Positions 26,511 to 40,880 of a stretch of 64,000 bases of DNA are shown one piece after another. Source of the stretch: Antedon mediterranea. Taxonomy: Eukaryota > Animalia > Echinodermata. Below the pieces are notes generated by a model that saw only the letters and a list, made by a program, of their open reading frames with translations, made no database searches and had not been told where the DNA came from. Both the position numbers and the translations under genes were made by a program. Location: assembly GCF_964355755.1 (NCBI RefSeq), contig NC_092672.1, positions 29,456,437 to 29,520,436 on the forward strand. The letters run 5' to 3'. Every line of letters begins with the position of its first letter. Position 1 is the stretch's first letter.

Positions 26511-27670
26511 GTAAGCAGTCCATTTTGTGCCTAGTCTACCGGGATAAACAAAAAATGGCCATTGGTCTCCCTGGGAAGAGCGCAGTATGATATGAAAAGT
26601 TAATTTACCGTTATACTGTATATTAACATGAGATATGGTATGGTGTGCGTGAAAGAAAACCATGATACAATAGAATGGCCAAGCTATTCAATTCTTTGGC
26701 CTTAGTGCTATTGTTGAATTGATGGGCGTTTCTGGGCGTAGTAGTCATCAACGATATGTCAACAAATAACACATCTCTTTATAATAGAATCGACCATGTA
26801 ACAGTCTACTCTATAAAAAAAGCCAGATCTGATATGATGCCCTTTATTGCAGTTTCCATTTTAAAGAATGTGGAAACATTTTACAGTTTTCGTTGTGTCC
26901 ACTTTAGAAGAGTTTTATAACTTTATTTCTAAGTCTTCTAGTCCTGACAGCAGATTTTATATTAGGGTAAAGGGTGAAAGTTATTGTTAGTACAGCTGCT
27001 TGGGTTAGTAATGTTCAGACTACATTTTAGGCTAAGGTACAGTATCTCGCCATTGTTTATAGTGAGATTTCATTTCTAAATGCTGTATAGACAAATGGTA
27101 ATTCTACCAACTACAGGGCCTACTGTATACTGAAATCAGTAGTACAGTATATATTGTATACTATACTATTGTACATCTCCTTCAACAACTCCCCAAAAAT
27201 AAAATACTTCCTAATGTCAGCAGATACAGTACACAGTGCTTCTGCTTACAAAACGTCTACCAGTTAATAGCAATCATCTCTTAATTCTTAGCACTCTAGC
27301 CTACAGGACTCTACTCTCCTTCTTCCTGCCCTGTGGGGGTCAGTCAAGGTCATTCACAACATGCTACATTCTCCTCCAGCATTCATTATTTATTCCATCG
27401 CTACACTGACTGCATACAATTTTTCTATACATAGTAAAAATTCAAATTTAGTTATCTATAGTGATTACCACATAAATTTAATGATATTACTATTAACATC
27501 CTAAATTGATATAGAGTTCATTTCACAAGTTCAATGTTCATCTTATTTCAGTCCAGGTAGTTCCATTCAATATTTTCACCGTTGTTGGTAGATTTGTAAT
27601 ATATAATTTTGATTAAATAGTCTTTGGGATTTCACATTTTGTCATTGAAAACCTCCAATTCCGGCAAAGA

Positions 27671-30422
27671 AATTGAGTCAAAATATGCTAAGGTGTTACA
27701 TAAAATGCCATTTTAATTTGTATTTATAAAAAATATTATATACTATACACTAATATGTGTAGGGAATTAATAGATAGTTTAACATGCAACGGTATAACTT
27801 ACACAGTTTCATTTCACTCCACCCACTATTTTTTTTTTAAATTTCAAATTTGTTGTGATAATGGCCTATTCTCACACCATGAATTTGTAACATTTTGAGT
27901 GTCACTTCATAATCCAATTTATATTTGATAATTGTGAAGTATAATAAAAAATATTGATTGGGATATTGGAAGTACATGTATAAACAATAAATAAAATCAA
28001 TATATTGACACCACAATATTTTATTTTTGTATAATAAATTAATATCTTTGCTTGTGCTGACGTGCGTTACTGTGTCCGTCAACAATCAAGTTTGACTAGG
28101 CCTAGGCTGGGTTAGGCCTAGAACAACGGCAATACGAAAACCAAAATGTTAAACAATTCAAGGATATGTTTACTCTATATAATGCATCAGATTTTAAATG
28201 TTATGTAATTTAATTGTATATAAATCCCGATTTAAAAAAAATGTCACCATTGTCTGTCAAAAACTAACGCACGCAATGTTTTCCTGTCATTACCGCCGAG
28301 AATGAGCAAACAGACGATACTACATGGCAGCCTACAAATATAGCTCCCGCGATGGCTTCCCGCTGCAAAAATTCTTCACAGAATGTAAACTTGCGTCGCT
28401 AAACAACGAAAACTAGTTTCTGTCAAAAATATAACGCACGCAAGATATAACGCACGTAAGTACTTAACATTATTAGAAATCATAAATAAATACATTTAGA
28501 ACATAAATACATAGTTTAGGCTTTATATATTTAATTCTAATGGTATTTTAGGCCTAATAATTACCTCGGTACGGCTATTAGGGCGAACTGTCTCAAGCGA
28601 CAGCGATAGGCACACGCCTAGGCTAATTTGCTCAGTGTTTTGACTGACCTTTCTAAATCGTGCGTTATATTTGACAGATATTTCTTCCGTGCGTTAGGCC
28701 TTGACATATTTATTGGTTAGATTTTAGTTAATTTTAATATCATGGAATGTTCTTTTCAAGTTTTAATACATGTAATTCCTAGGTTTTATAACTAGGCCTA
28801 AGCCTATACTTCAAACAAGTAGCAATCGCTGGTATTCCGTCTCCGGAGGAGCGCTGGCGAACACGTGCGTTATATTTGACGGACGGCGGCCGTGTATATA
28901 AGGATTTGGCAGATCGTGTATTTCATTTCAATTACAAATAGCGTATTTTAATAGCTTTTATACTTCATAAAAAAAAATATTTAATGGAATTAAACAATTT
29001 AGTTTCATTTTGTGTGTTGATGATTAGCATGGTAAAATAATTTTGAAGTATAAAATTTATTCCAATATAATTATAAATAAATAGATACTATAAATATTAA
29101 TACCTATAATAAAAATATAGTTAAGTAACTAACAGGCTATTTAATTAGTATTAACTCAATAATAATTAAGTATACTAAATTAAAACAAATAGAAATAAAA
29201 CAAATTAAAATATAAAAGAATAAATCAAATGTAGGCCTACTAACATAAATAAAAATATTTAAAGAAATATTAAATAAATAAAACATATAGATTTACTAAT
29301 ATAATAAATAAAAATATTAATAAAATAAATACAAAATTAATATTTTTTTCTGTACTTGCTGTATTTTCAGAATGGTTTTAAAAATAAAAGTAAAAATGGA
29401 AGAGATAAATAAGGGCTCACCAACCCCGAAAACTAATTCAAGAGGTGCCGTCCATTCAAAATTGTATAGAGAAAGATGTTCTATTTATGCATCATGCACG
29501 TTTTCATGTTGACTGTATAATAATTAGGCAATTAAGATAATTGTTTCAGATTAATTTTCAATTTAAATATTTCAAACCATTTTGATGACATTAGTTGTGT
29601 TTTTATACATGCAAGTATTGTATACCGGTAGTTGAATTTGCCAAGTGAAAATTACTGTATGTCGGAGATTACATAACGGTATTTGGATTTTATTAAAATA
29701 TTGGTAATTTTTAATAAATAGCCAACCTTCACACCTAAAGTGTACTCTTATCATTTTTTTTCTCAAACTACATGCCCAATAGTGTTTTCCAGACAACACA
29801 CACACCCACACCCACAGCTTCGTCTGTCAAACTAACACACGCAAGCGTAGTGTCTGTCAAACTAACACACGCAAGTACACCTCAAATAATGTCATTATTT
29901 TCAAAGATATGCCATTTGATATTATTTTTCCTCATAAAACATTTTGCCATTATGACTTTCTGCCATTCTATCAAGAATAGTTAATAACCAAAGGATTTAC
30001 AGTGATTAAAGTACAATTAAAACGGCATAATAAATTTTCACCAATTGCATGCTAATTTTTTAAAGACAAAAACACTTTTATGTGATTATTGAGAAATTTT
30101 TTTTCCGCATTTATACTTTGAAATGTAGTATATTAAACATAATTAAATAAATTATAAGACATAGTTATGATAATTTTATTATTTGTTCAAGAAAAACAAC
30201 AACATTTTGTCCGTCAAAACTAACACACGCAATTGCTACACCAATTAAATTAAAATACATTTTTTGAAGTTCATGTTCAGTGACTTATCTTTTTTTTAGT
30301 ATTGCCTGAAAGATATGTTTTTACTCAACAATTTCAGGTTATAAAAAAAAAAAAAGGTTAAAGATGAAAAATTGACCTCTGTGTTACAGTTTTATAACAC
30401 TTTAGCATATTTTGAGTCAATT
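27671..30422. mobile_element. ~2.75-kb non-autonomous TIR element, Sola-like
   Basis: aatt-gagtcaaaatatgctaaggtgtta / taacactttagcatattttgagtc-aatt, with many internal tgtcaaa..taac(g/a)cacgcaa motifs in both orientations. AATT is a possible 4-bp TSD. Confidence 0.7.
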
Positions 30423-32582
30423 CTATTATTAGTATTAATTAAAAAATAATTAAATAAGTTGTCATAGTACAATTATGGAGGTAAAAAATAGGTAGATTTT
30501 GTTTTAAAAACTGATGAACTACATTTCCCGATATTTTTATCTGATTCGTAAATTCCATCCACGCCTTGCTTCCCTTGTTTCTCTTTCCCAGTTTATAATT
30601 TACGATATAATTCAATTTTCACTTTCCATATTGGATTTTTTTGTTAGAATGTTATAAGGAGTGCGAGATTGAATGTCATTTTAATAGTATGATTGAATGT
30701 ATTAACATCAAAGTCTGACAGTGATAGTTGTAACTATGATAGTCTTAAATCACAAACACTGAAAAACAAATAATTCACCCATAAAATACTAATTTATGAT
30801 TACCGGTATTCAGAATATTTAATTCTTTTTTTTCTTATTAATTTAATTTTTTTTCAGTTTTAAATAGTTTATTGGTACTACTGTACTTCAGAGATGAGCA
30901 AAATTAATTGGAGATTAACATTTGTAAATTACTCAGATATTTTAAATGATGAATTCTCTTTGATCTTATCCAAAAACGTTTTGCCGAAGCTATCCCTGTT
31001 TGACTTCATGTTGGTTTAAGTGATTAGCCTAAGCTGGGTATAGTGAGTGTACTTGGCTGCCTTAATGATTTTGCTAGGCTGCTTTAATTATTATACTGCA
31101 CTAGGCTAAGCACCTGTCTACAACCTGGGCTAAGATCCTGCAATGATGACAGTTATTCCCACTAGGCTCACAGCCTAGGCTCCCTGATGCAGTAAATGCA
31201 AAAGAAATTAACATACTGTGGTGCAAATTGGCTAAGGTGTGGTTAAGGTTTCACCAAAGTCTTTAAATTAGTCTCCTACTGTCCAATTTATTTTCAAACA
31301 GACCGGCCATAATATTATTAAAATAACGAGTTTCATTTATAATTCGATGCAATTTCTCTGTGATTTTACCAACTAATGGTCGATGCTTTTATTCTTGAGC
31401 ATGGCCGTAGTAAGAAGTAAGATCATGTTCAACATTCATGTCATCTCGCTCACACCAAGTAATATTATACGTGGCGATACGATCAATGATAATTTTTAAT
31501 AGCAGGCCTCCTCAGGGTTCCAGGCATGTGTGTAACCACCTTTATTCAAGTCCAATTTGTATAGTTCAAACCATAATTAATATCGTCATTTTTCTAATAG
31601 AAATAGTAAGTAGGCAGCCGAGTTTCATCAGGTTGAAAAGTTAAACTTTTTGACATGAATTATGTGATAGTATTGGCTGGTGTTCTGACATTAATGATAG
31701 TAGGCATGTTCAGTATAGGACCATGTACTGTTATTGCATTCTTTTGGTCTGTACTCTACAAAGATTATACTATGAGGTACAACCGATTTTACTTTAGGAA
31801 CTTGGCTGTTTTGCTGTTCAGTATACTTAATTTCGCTAATATTAATAACTTTACGATGTAAGTGTTATTAATTTGAGACCAATTTACTATTTGTTGTGTC
31901 CTTCATAAATGATTTTAAATGTGCAGTAAATAGAGATCAGACAAAAAATGTCAATTTGTAAGACCACTAAAATTAAAATTAAAAAGTAGCTCTTTTGTTG
32001 TAGCTTTGCACCGAAAAATTATCCTATTCTTACGTTTTCCCTATTTTAAGATATTCGTTCTAATTTCTGTGAGAGTGTGAGTCATCCCCTCTTAACACAT
32101 CCATAATGAAAACAGAATTGCCTAGACACCGTAACCAATTCAGTCGCACACTCACAATTATTTCATTGGTGTATCTTTTTTGTTTTCTCTCTAAATACGA
32201 AAGTAATGGATTGGAAAAATTTGATTGAATTTATTTGTTAGCAATCGGACTGGTTTAAGGAATTGTTTCCTATGATGATGTCATTAACATAATTTAATTG
32301 AGTGTGCAGATGACAATTGACGTACATATGAAACCCCTTGGATTAACATTATTGATTAGTAGAGTAATGCATAGCTGTGAGCTGATGCAGCAAGAAAATG
32401 GTTAAAGAAATTTTTACTATTAAGTATTATTTAATTTAAAAAAAAGGATTTGTAACTGCAATCTAGGCTCACACTAGCCGCTCAACATGTCAGCAACAAG
32501 GAGTGGGGAAATGGTACCAATTTATCTAAAAAAAATGTATTGTATTGGTAATTGCATTACTGTACAGTACAGTTAATAAATA

Positions 32583-34052
32583 CTGCAACATTTGGATGCG
32601 TAGACTACGTTTGGTACGCGTCGCAACTTCGTAGGTTTCGCGTGGCGTAATCTACGCAAGCTAACATGCTACGCGTAGTCTACGCGTAGCCTACGAAGCG
32701 AGAGCTAGGAGGGGAAATCCCAATGTTCAGATTATTGTGTACTGTGCTGCATGCACCACACACAGAATTAGTTAATTAATTTGGATACTAGTTTTCATCA
32801 AATTTAAAATGCGAGTTAATTACTGTGAAGTAATAATAAATGTATTAATATTAGTATTAATTACTGTGTGTTGTGTTAAAATGGGACATTTATTTTTATG
32901 AAAGAAGAACAAGTGTACATCTATCACCGATCGGACGGCGGTCGTCGTCTGTTTGTGTGAAATGGCCTCCGACTAGGCCTAGCTACTAGCTAGCTAGCTA
33001 AAAAGGTAGGGTTACCGGCGTACCTACAGTACCGACAGTTTAATTTTAAAATATGTGGTACGCCTATAGATATAGGCCTACTTAGTAGTAGTACTGTATG
33101 ATAATCCATACTGTGTACAAGCGTTAAATACGATGTACATGGCGTGAAAATGTGAAATAATGTGGTATATAGCCTAGGTGACCGAAGGATATTTCCTCGA
33201 TACGACAGTTTTCGCCGTCGTGAAGCTGCTGTTTACCCACGTGTGTGTATCGCGCAGTACTAATCTACTGTTTGAACTATGTTTGTTTACTAGGCTATAT
33301 AATGAACGATGTTTCGTTTTAAAATTGCGTTTAAATGAAATGTTACGCTTATTTAGTACTATGGGATAATATGGATTGTTTAAATACTGTAAATGTCAAA
33401 ATAATAGAATACAAATACGATATTATTTTTGTTCCAACGGAAATCGAGACGGATCACTCCATTCGTAATTCATTCGCCCAGTGTGTTTATATCCACGTGT
33501 TTATGATCCGCGGATGGATACTCTCTCTGAACTGTACTTTTATGTTTTATTTAACCTTCAATTTAGTGAAGTTCAACTTTTATTAAATTAAGTCTTGCAT
33601 ATTTCCTAACCCTAAAATGTTAATTATAATTTATTTTTATTTATAACTAAAATAACATTTATTTAAATACTACCATCCGGCGATGGTGAATGTACAGCAG
33701 TCGGCAAAGGCCTATTTAATTTGACTTTTCGCGTCTGGCCTAGGCTTTGAACAATTTTAATTGCTATTTTCTTTAGAAAAATTTGAATTTCAAGTATGTT
33801 TAATAATGATGATAATATTAATTATTGGCGAAACAATCGTATGATTTCTATTTATTCGAACTTTTCGTAGCCTGCTTAGCCGTCGACGATGTACTTGTAC
33901 ACAGTTGAGTTTGGGGAATTCCCACACACAGTTGATCACAACGTAGGCTATGAATGCTACGCGTAGCCTACGCACTACGAATGCTACGCCACGCAACCGC
34001 CACGCACCCGCCACGCGTAGACTACGTTACCTACGCGTGGCAAATGTTGCAG
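32583..34052. mobile_element. Non-autonomous TA-flanked TIR element with ACGCGTAG subterminal repeats
   Basis: TA-ctgcaacatttg ... caaatgttgcag-TA, with clusters of ctacgcgtag at both ends. Confidence 0.8.
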
Positions 34053-35499
34053 TAGTTTTTATCTGTACTGTACATGCCACCGATATACAACTGTACAGTA
34101 CAACATGGAAATAAGAATATTTAGAATGGTTTATTTTGCTAATTTTTTTCTTTCAATTTCGCTTAAAAGAACCAATTGACTAACATTAAAAGTTGAAACT
34201 TTCTTCCATTTTCATATAAAAAATTATAATTGGGAAAAAAATGTTCTAAATCAAAGAAAAATTGCATGGGAAAATTATTGCATTTTGGATTATTGAGTGC
34301 AAGCAACCAATAAAAACCCAGTCAATTTCCTATATTTGTTAGGCTCTAGGAAAAGAGCACTTCTTCAACTTGGTGTACATTGCAACTAAATGTGTAACAT
34401 TTCTTTGATTCAATGGAACCTAGCTATTTCATATTAATAATTATGGATCCACTCCTTAAATATGAATACACATTTATGTTCAAATGTTATAAATATGGCT
34501 GACATTCCCTTACCAACTGTTCACAGCAATAACAAAATCAAGTCTTTAAATGTCGAACAGTTTCGTCATTATTTTATAGGATGTCGCTGTCAATATCGTG
34601 GGTGTTTTTAACGCATTCACCGATAATTTTGTCACCCACAATATAAGCAACTAATGACTTTTGAAATGTGTCTTTTTCTTAATAGCTTTTTAGCTTGTCG
34701 TGTAAAAGTAAATAGGAAAAATACAGTTTTATAATAATTATTAAAATATTTTAAACATTGTGTAACATTATTTATTACTTTGTTTTATTTAAACACACAG
34801 AAAAACATTTTTATAGAGAGGTCTCTACATATTTTTTAGCTAAAACCTTTTAATTTAAGATTTAGAAATTGGAAGTACTATCTTGTATGGGGTTTCCCTG
34901 GTATGGTAAAAACAAAAATACATGGAAATACATAGGTCTAGGATTTACAAGAAGATTATGAACATACAGAACATGGCCATTAACATTTCTCAGTTTAAAA
35001 GGACATTATTGCAAGCTACTGTACAACCCATTGAACCCATTGTACACTCGTATGTAACAACGTGCGTACATGTTGCTTTTAAGACCACGTTTTAGTTTGG
35101 CACGATCTCCGATGATCTTTGAACCCTAAACTACATAACATTTCTTCGTTAGCTACTTTTATTTCGATCTGTCCATTTGATTTAGGTAATGGATAACTAA
35201 TACACGATGCATCTTCTAATATATTTTCTTGCCTTCGATATTTATTACTGTTCGCCATGTTTTTTTTGCCAGTTCGTGCTGACAGACATGGTGGAGAGTG
35301 TAATGTTATCCTTATTACGTACCTCTTGCTCTGAGATTTCTTTAATTTATTGACGCAATATAATTAATAACACGGCTAATATCAATCAATCAAGATTATT
35401 TTAATATCAATCATTTTGTTGTTATTACTTTTTTGACCTTCATTATCATGAATTATTTATGTCATTAATGTTGTATTGTATTTCTCCTATCCTTTGACA

Positions 35500-36220
35500 A
35501 CATTGTTTTTATGTCTAGCATCATTGACACAATCATTGATCATCGTCAATATTAATCATCTCTGTATCACCATCATCAATTTATATAATCGTCCGTGTCA
35601 TATCACTCATCTTAATAGACATCATACCTATCAACAGTATCATCAATATCGTTGTCAATATCAGTATCATCTGGTCATCATTGTCATCATTCACCAGTGT
35701 CATCACAACAAATCAATATCATTGTCAGCATCATCTAATCATCATTATCAATATTTCTTTATCGTCATCAGTGTCATCACCACTTTTCATTATCATCTAT
35801 ATCATCATCAGTATCATTAGGTCATCATCAATATTAATTATCTCATCTGTATCATAATCATCCATCAGTTTCTTCACTATCATCATCATGTCATCATTAT
35901 CAAAATCGACATCCTTATCGTAATCGCTCATCAGTGTCATCATCCACACTCATTATCAATATCTATATTGTATTTTTATATCATGTGTAACTATAGTAGG
36001 CCTATAGCCAACATGATTTTTATTTGTTTTCCACCCACTCCAATTCCCCAGCACAGATTTCCATATTTTATAATAATAATTATATTTAAAATATCTTTGC
36101 CTCGTCTACGGCCTTGTACAGACAGTATCTAAATAAAGTCAAATCAAACATCACTCTAATTTATCATCATCACTAGCAGCTAGTCATCATTTTTCATTCT
36201 TATCATCTTCGTTCGTGATC
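35500..36220. repeat. Degenerate (ATC)n low-complexity tract
   Basis: Dense catcat/atcatc; explains the His/Ile-rich chance ORF at 35476. Confidence 0.8.
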
Positions 36221-36857
36221 ATAATCTTATTTTCATTACTATTTGTCATATTTGAACACCACATATTGTCCTCCTCAGTTTTGTTCTAGTGACCTAATTA
36301 GACGTCATTTTCAAACAGCTTTATCACTCATCTTTACATTTGCGCTCTGGTATTTCTTCATTTTAAACACCACCATCATTATAAACACCATTTTGTTCTC
36401 CCTTTCATTCATCCGATCCTCGATTTCATCACATGTTTTATTAAAATGCAAAATAGAATTTTGATTATTATTTTGTTATTAAATGTATCCTTAACATGAA
36501 GCCGTTCACAAAATATGAATAATACGGTTCTTAAAATCTATTCTATGAGTCGGCGCTACTATAATGTACACATGAATAAGAATATTATTAACATCTCTGT
36601 GTTCAGTATAATTAGCATTTCAATGGTTTAATAATTATAGATAGGGTCACAACTGTCTAGCTGTTTCTGCTGTTATTTCTTGCAGTTTCCTCCTTGAGAA
36701 AACTTTTCAAGGTTATCCCTAGTTTTCTTCAAGAGTTCATTAATAGTTTGGGACTATAGGTGGGGGTAGACTAGAATTTTATTTTATGATATTGAATCAG
36801 TTTGTGATTGATCTTTATGTTTACACTACTGTAAGACAAATGACATTTTAGTAACTT

Positions 36858-37036
36858 ACATCCCTATTCATGGGGCATCTCCATTCAGGGGACATCCATA
36901 GATTCAGGTGCATCCCTATTCAGGGGACATCCTTATTCAGGGGACATCCTTATTCAGGGGACATCCCTAGATTCAGGTGCATCCCTATTCAGAGGACATC
37001 CCTATTCAGGGGATACCGCTATTTAGGGGACACCCC
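36858..37036 (+). repeat. 17-bp minisatellite
   Basis: ggggacatccctattca, about 10 copies. Confidence 0.9.
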
Positions 37037-37480
37037 TTTGTAGAGATACTTACCGTAACCTAAACCCAAGGTTCTTTCTACTATATTTTCACAAAATAAA
37101 GTGGGTGCTAATTGAAAATTAGGAATAATTTAACTGGATGGAAAAATGTATTATAGCAGACCATGATGTCAAACAGTATTTAAATTGCAAGCATAAATTA
37201 AATCATTTATATTATAACATTATAAAATGAATCAATGTTATTATATGTTGTTATTAGTATTACAGGTTAAATAAAAAATAAAAATAAATTTTTTATTTTA
37301 AATGATTTTTATGAGCATGAACGTATTACAATATTGTAATAATGCACTTTTCACCGATTTATTTATTTTTGTAATGAATGTTTGCAGTGTTTTTCTTTTG
37401 ATTTTGCTCACAATTATTATTTATTATTGTAATGTAATTAATTTTAACGCACTTTCATCAATTTGCGTTACTACTTATAG

Positions 37481-37522
37481 ATAGAAGAGGCAGTTCAAGG
37501 CGAGATCGACATGGCGATGAAT
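37481..37522 (+). CDS. dvl: Dishevelled coding exon 5 (42-nt basic micro-exon)
   Basis: Acceptor acttatag|; reads (D)RRGSSRRDRHGDE; donor T|gtaagt. Phase 1-1 fits exons 4 and 6 and supplies the Arg-rich stretch expected after ESVVSSRR. Confidence 0.8.
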
Positions 37523-39091
37523 GTAAGTTTAGTCTGGCCATAGAGCTGTACATATAAAAAGCTAGAGTACAGTGTACAATTATGATTTTTCTGTGTAATA
37601 GAATAGACACATTTACAGTACTCTAGCTTTTGTATGTACACAGTACTCGGCCAAAGACATTGCCATATCAGCATCTTTCCTGCATTGTACATCGCCCTCT
37701 TGTGTTAGTTCCTTCCCTTGCTTTGTTTTTTTTCCTCATTTTCTTTTGCATGGTGGCACCTTTCTATCATCTCATTTTGGTTTTTATTCATTTTGTTTGG
37801 TTTGTTTTTATAGTTTCTTTACTTTATTATTCAACGAAAAACTTTTCTTTAACAATAATTATCGGAACATTGTTTTATTGTTACATAATTCATGATAGAC
37901 ATTTTTTATCATTTCCCATTATTAAAAAGTTTGAAACGTTAAAAAAGTTTATTTTATCTAAAACTGAAATTTTAGAACAGCATCTTGGCTTTTTTTTATA
38001 CATTAATATATTTTTTATATTTCATATTAATTCCGATTCCCACTTTCCTTGTTCTTATACTTTTAAACATTTTACTATCATGCTAAAAATTACAAATACC
38101 AGACAAAGATTTCCATTAATAGGGTTGTCCCTTGAATAGTGGGTTGGTCATACAGAGTCCTAAAACTTGCTCCTTATTCAAAATGTCTCCAAAGGAGCAA
38201 TAGTGTACAGCAAATCTACACATGCTCACAAACCAATTAATGCTGTGATTACTTCTGTGACTACACCACATTTCAAAGTTTTGATAGCAGCTGAACACAC
38301 CTTTGTTTGTGAGCATGCTCAGATGATTGTTATGCGCCTGCGCTTCGTAGTGCAATCATAAAATCTGTAAATCATATGAATTCATTACCCATTACATTGC
38401 TTTTGTAAATACCCATTTATTTCACCTTATCATGTCAACATATAAGTTGATTTTCTATTAACAGTGTGTTGTGAACTGGTTTTTATTTCATAATTCAATT
38501 AAATTAAAGTAAACTTAATTTAATTTTCATGATGACTTTGCATTGTTTAAGCAGGGAGATGTAAAATTACATCTCCCTGGTTTAAGTAACATGTTGAACT
38601 TCACCTACTAATGTTATTCTAGCAGACAAGTCATCATGTCGTTACAACAAACTGCATTATTATTTATTGACATTTTTAATTACTTGATTTACATTACAAT
38701 GATTGATGTCATTATCCCTGTGTAAAAGGGAATAATTAAGGAACGCAAGATCATTTTAGTTTGGCCAAGATTCTGTGTGGTTGTATAGTACAGTGGTGTA
38801 GCAGCTATATCCCTCACTGGCTAAACTCAGAGGCCCCAAAGATTATGATCAGGGACCAGAGAAAAAGGCATTAAAATGTTAAAAAGGCTACAGTAAAAGG
38901 CCCCCCCAGCATTAGTTGGTATTCCTAAATCATTCATACTTTCTAGGCTTTGGGAAATACTCTCAATGAATATGTAAACAAGAAAATGTGTACATTATCT
39001 GTGTGTACTGAAAACCTTATAAATATTGACTTTAAATGATTTACGTATGATTAGTGATTTATTGTATGTTTCAGTCTACCTAACTCTTTGA

Positions 39092-39239
39092 AGCCAATTT
39101 TCCACTAAGTGAGTGTTGGTGCGAATCGAAAGCGGCAGCTTATATGCATGCGTATTCATGGTTACATCTTCCAATTCCCTCTCTACGCATGCGTATAAGA
39201 TGACGCTTAGAATAAATTCACCTAGTGAAAAAACGGCTT
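39092..39239. mobile_element. Harbinger-like MITE
   Basis: agccaattttccacta.gtga / tcacctagtgaaaaaacggct imperfect TIR, with palindromic internal tatgcatgcgta/tacgcatgcgta. Confidence 0.65.
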
Positions 39240-40414
39240 TAGATAAAATTTATATTAATATTATTCCTCGGAAGATAATAATAATTAAAAAGGGCAAAAA
39301 CATAATTATGTGTGGCTAGTGGCTCTAGGCGAGTGATGTTTTCAGACTAAACTCCTGTCAGTAGCTGAACTCAGCGGGTCGAACCATCTCATTTCAACAT
39401 CTTGATATTTTAGGCCATAGGCAATCAGCTTGCAACACATTCCTGTTGTCCTGACCTCCTTGTCTTTATGATATGTTTAGCCATGTTATATTTTTTACAT
39501 CTGCCCTAATTTATTCATGCTTTAGGTTCTATTCTGTCTATAGTTTCCAACATTCAGGCCCATAGTAATCTCTTAGTCTGGCTGTTGTCACTTTATATTA
39601 TGGAAATAATGTAAATTGAAACTGGAATACCAAGGCTAGAGAATAGAGCACTTTTCCTGGCCTCCCAGTCAGATCATTTGGACCACCCTTTGACTGTCAT
39701 TGATCTGTTGATATGCAAGCTAACACTTGTTTAATTAATGAATAATTGTACATAGAAATGTTGATAGCAGTTGAATGAATGAGTTCCTGTAGAGGTTTTG
39801 CACATTTCAGTATCCAATTTGGAGAATATCTTGACCAGAGAGCAACACAAGATGTTGAGTATCTAAGTGGACAATAGATACTGTATTTTCTAGTTTTATA
39901 GGTTGGTAAAAACTACATGAGGAGTGTTAAAAACAAGTGGAAATGTTTCTTTTTCTCTAGAAGTGTAGTATCTGATGGTCGACTATAAAATGGATTAATT
40001 TCATACAGTATTTGCAGAGCACAAACCAATACTATATTGACATAATTTTTCAGGATGGATTGTGTTTCATTTGATGCAAAATGTTATTGATTTTAAGATC
40101 AGGAATGATATTTGAACACGAAGGAAATGAAGCATTTTGACCATTCTCTTTCAACTTGATCACTGGACTACTTAGCTTGCTCCATCTCTTTTAACTTCAT
40201 CACTGGACTACTTAGCTTGCTAAAAATAGACATCTGCATTTTATCAAAACAACTAATTTGCAAGTCTCTTTCAGCTGTATCAAAGTCTTATAATAATACT
40301 ATATTAGTTTGGGGTGATGATAACATTTGTATCATCACTAACGAGCATACGGTTTAAGAAAATATCATATTTTCTAATTCACTCAACGACCAATAACAAT
40401 ACTGTATAAGAAAA

Positions 40415-40880
40415 TTAATTTGCATGTTAAGACATTCATCTGGATTAGGTTGATCACCTGGATTAAGTTCAAATAGATTACAATTCAGCAACTTTGTAAT
40501 TACTGTATGGTCAGATAGTGGATAAATATTAATATTTAGTCTTAAAAGGATTGGTATTATAAAAACCTAACTTTGTGCAACCAACTAATTTGCATGCCAA
40601 AAATCATCACCTGTATTTAGGATGTGATTGTCATCTGCTTAGATCAAGCATTACAGTTTGGCGTATATATTTACTTTGTCATCAATTGGTATTGGTCAAC
40701 AACTAGTAATTTCTAATAGAATTGGTAAAAACACCCTTAAGTTTGTACCTGAAGGGTAACTAATTTGCATATGTCAAAATCGTCACCTGTCCTTAGGAAG
40801 TGCTTGTCATCTGTTGTTTAGATCAAGCCTGGCAGGTTGGAGTACATATTTATTTTGTCTTCAATTGGTGTTGGTAACCT
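40415..40880 (+). repeat. Degenerate ~170-bp repeat x3
   Basis: taatttgcat...catc.cctg..ttagg recurs at about 40416, 40586 and 40761. Confidence 0.6.

Noticed and set aside
31383-31458. Short ORF MLLFLSMAVVRSKIMFNIHVISLTP ending at a phase-1 A|gtaata
   Set aside because: The phase fits exon 5, but the donor is weak and the ORF is short enough to be chance.
37630-38139. Longest ORF in the track (169 aa, hydrophobic)
   Set aside because: Phe/Ile/Leu-rich translation of T-rich intron sequence; no ATG at the stated start and no domain.
30955-40290. Scattered TCF/LEF-like ctttgat/atcaaag words (possible Wnt feedback)
   Set aside because: AT-rich 7-mers are expected by chance at this composition and show no clustering.
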